The notes under the pieces were generated by a model, which saw only the letters and a list, made by a program, of their open reading frames with translations, searched no databases and had not been told where the DNA came from. Below are positions 58,669 through 64,000 of a stretch of DNA of 64,000 bases, one piece after another; position 1 is the first letter of the stretch, and each line of letters starts with the position of its first letter. Location: contig CAVWIH010000024.1 in assembly GCA_963755025.1 (NCBI GenBank), positions 1-64,000 on the forward strand, in the 5' to 3' direction. Position numbers and translations under genes: made by a program. Source of the DNA: an uncultured Actinomycetes bacterium (GTDB lineage: Bacteria > Actinomycetota > Thermoleophilia > UBA2241).

Positions 58669-59730
58669 GTGCAGGAGGAGGCGCCGCATGCAGGCGCGAC
58701 GGCTCACCTTCGCGACGAGGCGGCCGCGCTCGACGTGCTGTGGCGCGTGTACTGCGCGCCCGACGGGCGCACGGCGGTCTGCCCGGGCTGCGCCGAGGCG
58801 CGGCGCTTTCATCGCGTCTCGCGGCGCCGCGCCTACGCCTGCGACCGCTGCGGCGCGCACATCTACCCGGCCGCGGCCACGCCCTTCCGCCGCTCGGCGC
58901 TGCCCCTTTCGGACTGGCTCACCGCCACGGCGATCGTCGTCGAGTCGGGCGGCAAGGTGACCCCCGCGCGCCTGGCGCGTGCGCTCGGCGTGGAGTACCG
59001 CACGGGCTGGCGCATGAGGGAACGCCTCACGGGCGCGTTGCGCTCAGACGGCGATGCAGTGGAGCGGCTCGAGGCCTGCGCTCGCGCCTGGCGTAACGCC
59101 GGGGGGTCGCCCGACGAGCCGCTCGTCGACGCCCAGCGGCCCGAGGAGCGCATTCGCGCCGCCGCCTGCCGCGTGCTGGCCGAGCGCGGGTTGAGCTCTA
59201 CCCGTGTGGCCGACATCGCCCGCGAGGCCGGCGTGTCGAGCGCCGCCATCCACTATTACTTCAAGAGCAAAGACGAGGTCCTGCTCTCGGCGCTGCTCTG
59301 GACCGGCGAGCAGTTGCACGCGGGCTTGCGGCGGCTGACCGAAGAGCCGGCCGACGCACTGACCCGGATGCGCCGCCTGCTCGACATGAGCGTGCCCAGC
59401 GACCAGCGCCTGCACGACGAGTACCTGCTCTGGCTCGAGGTCTGGGTACGCGTGCGCAGCCACCCCGACTTTCTCGACGAGTGCATGCGCATGTCGCGCC
59501 AGTGGCACGAGGCCGTGACGACCGTCATCGCCCGGGGCGTCGCCGAAGGCGCCTTTCGCCCGATCGTGCCGCTGGCGGAGCTCTGCGACCGCTACGTCGC
59601 CATGGCGGAGAGCCTCGCCTATCGCGCGGCTCTCGGGTACGAGGGGTTCACCCCCGAACGGTCCCGGCAGATCCTGGCCCGCTTCACGGCCGAGCAGCTG
59701 CAGGTCGCGCCGGGGGCGCTCGACGCGTAG
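58669..59730 (+). CDS. TetR (BetI-like) regulator fused to an IS1595-transposase-like Zn-ribbon/HTH N-terminal domain
   Basis: CPGC...YACDRC..IYP...TPF....LPL..W...LARALGVEYRTGWRM followed by TetR HTH IAREAGVS..IHYYFKSKD and a C-terminal ligand domain. Confidence 0.85.
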   Translation: MQEEAPHAGATAHLRDEAAALDVLWRVYCAPDGRTAVCPGCAEARRFHRVSRRRAYACDRCGAHIYPAAATPFRRSALPLSDWLTATAIVVESGGKVTPARLARALGVEYRTGWRMRERLTGALRSDGDAVERLEACARAWRNAGGSPDEPLVDAQRPEERIRAAACRVLAERGLSSTRVADIAREAGVSSAAIHYYFKSKDEVLLSALLWTGEQLHAGLRRLTEEPADALTRMRRLLDMSVPSDQRLHDEYLLWLEVWVRVRSHPDFLDECMRMSRQWHEAVTTVIARGVAEGAFRPIVPLAELCDRYVAMAESLAYRAALGYEGFTPERSRQILARFTAEQLQVAPGALDA

Positions 59731-59821
59731 AGCGTGAGGCGGGGCTCCGCGCGGAGCAATACGCGGCGCGACGGTCGGCACGCCGCGCCGGCGCCGCGCC
59801 GGCGGTTCGCGACGAAGGCGC

Positions 59822-60421
59822 TCAGCGCGCCGCGGCCGACCCTTGCGCCGGGCGCGCGTCGAGCGGATCGAGCGCGACCCGGCCGTCGTCGGCGACGTGC
59901 GGCGTCCAGGCCGTCCCGTCCCAGTAGCGGTGCGTGTGGCGGCCGGTCGGGTCGGGGTGCCAGGCGGCGGGAACGGCCTGATACTGCGGGCGGGGCGTCT
60001 GCTGCCGGCCTGCCGGCTCGGGCCGCGGCGGCCGGTAGGCGGCGAACCAGGCGGTCGCCGGCCGTCCGAACAGCAAGACGATGGCGACCGCGCGCATCGC
60101 CGTGTCGCAGGCAAACCAGGCCAGCGACACGGTGGTGTGGTGCACGGTGAGCAGGGCCGGCAGGCTGATCAGCGCGCCGAGCACGAACAGGACCGTGTAC
60201 ACGATCAGCGCCCAGCGCCTGCCGAACGCCATGGCGGTCACCAGGCCGATGGCCACCGCGAAGCCGATGATGGCGGCGCCGCGCAGGGGCCAGACCAGGG
60301 AGGCGGCGGGGTTCGACAGCGAGGCCAGCCTCACGGAGACGTCCACGATGAGCGCCCAGCCGATCAGGCAGACGGCTACCGTGACCGCCGTCGGCCTCGC
60401 CGGGCGTACTGTGGCGACCAA
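59822..60421 (-). CDS. Membrane protein with C-terminal DUF2510-like domain
   Basis: 4 TM helices plus PAAWHPDPTGRHTHRYWDGTAWT motif. Confidence 0.8.
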   Translation of the reverse strand: MVATVRPARPTAVTVAVCLIGWALIVDVSVRLASLSNPAASLVWPLRGAAIIGFAVAIGLVTAMAFGRRWALIVYTVLFVLGALISLPALLTVHHTTVSLAWFACDTAMRAVAIVLLFGRPATAWFAAYRPPRPEPAGRQQTPRPQYQAVPAAWHPDPTGRHTHRYWDGTAWTPHVADDGRVALDPLDARPAQGSAAAR

Positions 60422-60765
60422 GAGATCCCCCTTAGGCGGGCGGGTCGCGACGCGCGCCCGCGTCGGGCGCGCTCGAGACCCGCGTTCGCAGACCATCGCT
60501 CTCTCTTCAAGGTCGACACGCCGCGCCCGGCGCTTGAATTGCAGGCGCGCGCGGCGCGCGAACAGGCGCGGCCGCGCGAGAGGCGCGCGCCGCGCGAGAA
60601 AGCCCGGCCCGCGGCGGGCCGACGCAAGAAGGGCGCCGGGGCGGTGCGCGCCGCGGCGCCCTTCGGGGCGTCGACCCATGCTCTTACGCGGAGCTCACGG
60701 GAGAGTCCTCGGGCGGACCCGCGGTGAGCTCGGGCGCGGCGCCCGCGGGCGCCGCCGCTCAGGCG

Positions 60766-62046
60766 TCAGTCGTCGAAGTTCCCTGCGGCGCCCTTGTCGG
60801 TGTCGAGCGAGGCGGCGCGCTCGGCGATCTTGGCGTCGGTCCACTCGGCGGGGTCTTCGAGGCGGCCCGTCTTGGGCTTGAGGTCGTAGGAGCCCGCGGT
60901 GAGGATGGCCTCGATGGCCAGCGGCGCGGTGTCGCGCGCGTTGAAGACCTCGGTCATCATCTTGAACGTGAAGTCCTCGACCCGCTGCGCCATGCGCTCG
61001 CGGATCTCCCTGGGCTGCGCCAGGAACGGGCTCTCGAAGGGCAGGTTGAGGCTCTTGTAGTCGCCCTTGTGCCAGCCCTTGTCGTCGGCGTAGGCGACCA
61101 CCTTGGCCCACATCTCCTCGGTCACGCCCTCGCCCTTGACCTTGATGAAGTTGCCGTCGGCGTCGAGGATCGCGTTGCCGTAGTCGTTGACCTCGAGGCC
61201 CCAGGAGACCATCTGCAGGGCGGTGGCCACGTTGGCCTTGGTGGTGTGCGTCTGGGCGGCGATCTCGCGCAGGCGCTCGGAGCTGTTGCCCGAGGTGCCG
61301 TGCTGGGCGCCACTCACCTCGTAGGGCGCGAGGACCTCGTGGACCTTGGCGGTGAGCTCCACCTGGATGCCGGCGCTCGATGCCTCGATGCCGTGGGTGG
61401 TGCCGTTGTTCAAGGCGATCCAGTCGGCGAAGACGTCGTGCGCGTTGAGGCCCTGGATGAGGAACAGCGCCTCGTCGGGCGTAGAGAGCCCGGAAGAGCC
61501 CTTGATCTCGCCGACCTCGGTCTCGAGACCGGCCCACGCCGGGATGTGCGGATTGACGGCGAGGTTGGCCAGCAGGTTCTTGTCGTTGGGCTGGTGCGAA
61601 GCGTCGATGGCGATCGACGTGATGCCCGCCTCGAACATGGTGGGCACCTCGACCATGGCCTGCGCGAGGTCGGCGTCGTTCTTGATGCCGTAGTGGTCGG
61701 CGTGCACGGCGACCGGGACGGTGATGCCCATCTCGTTGCACAGCGAGTCGACGATGCGCGCCATGTTCCAGTAGTTCACCGGGCAGTAGGCCTTCTGGCC
61801 GCCCTCGGACTTGGCGATCTCGATGATGAGGGCGGCGTTGGCCTTTTGCGCGGCGCGCAGCGCCCCGCGGATGACGAACGAGTTGCGCCCGTTGGCGGCC
61901 ATCGCGATGGCGTGGCCCTTGGCGCGCATGGCGCGGTCGATGACCTTGCCGCTGACGATCAGCGCCTTGGAGTTCGGGAACAGGGACGCGACGGTGGGCG
62001 GACGGCCCACCTGGACGGCTTTCTCGAAATCCTTGTCGTACGCCAT
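60766..62046 (-). CDS. fba: Class II fructose-bisphosphate aldolase
   Basis: VHADH, IDASH, ETEVGEI, NGTTHG, QHGTSG, KANVAT. Confidence 0.9.
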   Translation of the reverse strand: MAYDKDFEKAVQVGRPPTVASLFPNSKALIVSGKVIDRAMRAKGHAIAMAANGRNSFVIRGALRAAQKANAALIIEIAKSEGGQKAYCPVNYWNMARIVDSLCNEMGITVPVAVHADHYGIKNDADLAQAMVEVPTMFEAGITSIAIDASHQPNDKNLLANLAVNPHIPAWAGLETEVGEIKGSSGLSTPDEALFLIQGLNAHDVFADWIALNNGTTHGIEASSAGIQVELTAKVHEVLAPYEVSGAQHGTSGNSSERLREIAAQTHTTKANVATALQMVSWGLEVNDYGNAILDADGNFIKVKGEGVTEEMWAKVVAYADDKGWHKGDYKSLNLPFESPFLAQPREIRERMAQRVEDFTFKMMTEVFNARDTAPLAIEAILTAGSYDLKPKTGRLEDPAEWTDAKIAERAASLDTDKGAAGNFDD

Positions 62047-62088
62047 GGACGGTCTCCTTCAGGGGTCATGGATGCGGTATGGCCGCGC

Positions 62089-62102
62089 TGTAAACGATTG
62101 CA
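62089..62102. promoter_or_regulatory. LacI-family/cre-like operator upstream of fba
   Basis: TGTAAACGATTGCA pseudo-palindrome with central CG; TAAACGATT repeated right after. Confidence 0.6.
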
Positions 62103-62180
62103 TAAACGATTCTATCCAATCCGGACGGTGGGGGCAGCGGAGCCGTGGCTTCTGTTGAAGCGGCCATGTTCGAGTGAGCG

Positions 62181-62858
62181 CTACCCCGCCAGCCCAATGA
62201 TCCCCTTGCCGATCAGCAAGGCCCCGAAGACGAGGAGCAGCGAACAGGCGACGGCCGCGTCGTGTGCGACCAGCCAGACTTTCCAGTCCTGGAGCCGTTC
62301 CCCCGCTTTACGACCTCTGGCGAGATAGACCGCCACGGGCGCCAGGATGCCGAGGCTGCCGATCACGACGAGGACTACCACGGCCAGGGCCTGGTCGGCC
62401 GCCGACAGCGACCTCTGGGCGACGGCCAGGGCCGCGACAGCGCCCAGCACGAACGTCTTGGGACTCACAGATGACAATATGAAAGACAGGCCCAGGGCTC
62501 GGGGCGGGGTCGTGCGGTCCAGCTCCTTCATCCACCTCGGAGTGGGTGGGTCCTGCCCGCGCTTGGGACGCCGCCGAAACTCGAGGCCCGCCAGTACCAA
62601 CAGGATGAGACCAAGCACGAGCTTGACGAGGCCGACCCAGCTTCGCTCATGCGACGACGACGTGACCCCGAGTGACTCGCTGACGATCAGCACGACCGTC
62701 GATACCGCCGCCAGGCCCACCATCCAGCCGAGCAGAAACGAGACGCCGTTCGCCCGAGCCCTGGGGGTGATGAGCATGAGGATGACCGCGATGATGGCCA
62801 GCGGGCTGATGGCGATGCCCATCGCCAACGGCAGAATGTCCCCCAGTGCCTGTGCCAC
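62181..62858 (-). CDS. GAP/Sap-family membrane protein
   Basis: LPLAMGIAISP..IIAVIL.L, FLLGW, P.WM, L...K.WL..H pattern; multiple TM helices. Confidence 0.8.
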   Translation of the reverse strand: MAQALGDILPLAMGIAISPLAIIAVILMLITPRARANGVSFLLGWMVGLAAVSTVVLIVSESLGVTSSSHERSWVGLVKLVLGLILLVLAGLEFRRRPKRGQDPPTPRWMKELDRTTPPRALGLSFILSSVSPKTFVLGAVAALAVAQRSLSAADQALAVVVLVVIGSLGILAPVAVYLARGRKAGERLQDWKVWLVAHDAAVACSLLLVFGALLIGKGIIGLAG

Positions 62859-62876
62859 GGTCGCTCTCTCGCCTAG

Positions 62877-64000
62877 CAGGCTACTGAAGATCGCCTCGCC
62901 TCAAGCTCTCCGAGAGCCTTCCGGAGGATGACCCTCGCCGCCTCGCGAACCTGCTAGTGTGCGGCCAGGCAGGCGACGGGGAGGGGCTCAGGATGCGCGG
63001 TGACGAGGAGCGGCAGGCGGGGTTCATCGTCATGACCACGCTCGAGGACGTGGTGCCCGACGATCATCCCCTGCGCGCCATCCGCGCCCTGGTCGACGTC
63101 GCCCTTGGGCAGATGAGTCCCGAGCTCGAGACTCTCTACGCCGAGCGCGGTCGCCCCTCGATCGCCCCCGAGTACCTGCTGCGCGCCCAGCTTGCCCAGA
63201 TCCTCTACGCCATCCCCTCCGAGCGCCGCCTGGTCGAACAGCTGCGCTATAACCTCCTGCTGCGCTGGTTCGTGGGCCTGCCCTTCGACGAGCCGGTCTG
63301 GCATCCGACGACCTTCACCAAGAACCGCGACCGCCTGCTCACGAGGGAGGTCGCCGAGGCCTTCTTCTCTGCCGTGCGCTGCCAGGCCGCCTCGCGCAAG
63401 CTGCTCTCCCGCGAGCACTTCTCCGTGGACGGCACGCTCCTTGAGGCGGCCGCCTCCTTGAAGAGCCTGCGGCCCCGCGAGGAGGGTGAAGATGGGGAGC
63501 CGCCGGCCGGCGGCGGCGGGCGCAACCGCAGCGTCGACTTCCACGGCGAGAAGCGCGGCAACGAGACGCACCGCTCGACGACCGACCCCGACTCACGCCT
63601 GGCCAAGAAGGGACGCGGCAAGGAGGCGCGTCTCTGCTACGCCGGCCACAGCCTCACCGAGAACCGCCACGGCCTGATCGTCGACTGCGAGCTGACTGCG
63701 GCCACCGGCAGCTGCGAGCGTGAGGCCGGCCTGCGGCTGCTCGCCCGTCAGCGGCGCCGCTCCGGCCGCGCTCGCCTGAGCGTAGGCGCCGACCGCGGCT
63801 ACGACACGGCCGGCTTCGTCGCCCGGGCTCGCGAGCTGCACATCACCCCGCACGTGGCCGCCAAGGACCGCTTCAGCGCCGTCGACGGCCGCACCACCCG
63901 CCACGCCGGCTACGCCACAAGCCAGCGTCGACGCAAGCTCGTCGAGGAGCCCTTCGGCTGGATGAAGACGGTCGGCGGCCTGCGCAAGCTGCGCCACCGC
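62877..64000. mobile_element. IS5-family insertion sequence (right end outside window)
   Basis: CTAG followed by CAGGCTACTGAAGA candidate left end, then a transposase. Confidence 0.8.
62993..64000 (+). CDS. IS5-family transposase (runs off window; not in ORF track)
   Basis: Manual translation MRGDEERQ...VPDDHPLR...GRPSIAPE...SERRL..YNLLLRWFVG..FTKNRDRL..HFSVDGT..ADRGYD..RKLVEEPFGW. Confidence 0.92.
   Translation, partial: MRGDEERQAGFIVMTTLEDVVPDDHPLRAIRALVDVALGQMSPELETLYAERGRPSIAPEYLLRAQLAQILYAIPSERRLVEQLRYNLLLRWFVGLPFDEPVWHPTTFTKNRDRLLTREVAEAFFSAVRCQAASRKLLSREHFSVDGTLLEAAASLKSLRPREEGEDGEPPAGGGGRNRSVDFHGEKRGNETHRSTTDPDSRLAKKGRGKEARLCYAGHSLTENRHGLIVDCELTAATGSCEREAGLRLLARQRRRSGRARLSVGADRGYDTAGFVARARELHITPHVAAKDRFSAVDGRTTRHAGYATSQRRRKLVEEPFGWMKTVGGLRKLRHR

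Noticed and set aside
6133-62328. Long antisense or alternate-frame ORFs (e.g. 6133-8463, 16255-18933, 22159-24657, 60724-62328)
   Set aside because: Shadow ORFs expected at high GC; they overlap well-supported genes and lack recognisable motifs
14507-64000. Selenoprotein genes near tRNA-Sec
   Set aside because: I noticed no gene with an in-frame TGA at a Cys-equivalent position; the interruptions seen are frameshifts. This was not an exhaustive check

Overview
High-GC bacterial chromosome segment. Gene content and codon style suggest an anaerobic or facultative actinomycete such as Thermoleophilia; this is inference only. Scattered single-base indels suggest an imperfectly polished long-read assembly. 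Positions 1-14.5 kb are the right part of an integrated phage-like element: lipoprotein, terL/HNH/terS/DNA methylase packaging block, a MerR-REC + KaiC-like ATPase + GAF-PP2C signalling cassette, a type IIG-like RM enzyme and a tyrosine integrase. The integrase stops 6 nt before the 5' end of an intact tRNA-Sec. The host part holds six pyrrolysine-free MttB-family methyltransferase genes (one truncated) in five loci. Their neighbours include a HAL-family lyase lacking the MIO-forming ASG motif, an Fe-S protein, a PrpD-family protein, orphan solute-binding proteins, and a TetR regulator fused to an IS1595-transposase-like Zn-ribbon/HTH domain. Housekeeping genes include gadB, ftnA, osmC, ychF, rlmN, galT, rpmH-rnpA-yidD-yidC-jag (without dnaA), nfo, yigZ and fba. 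There are also IS982 and IS5 elements, an inversion/deletion scar at about 20-21.4 kb, and several tandem duplications anchored at stop codons. All product calls come from reading motifs by eye; no database searches were run.
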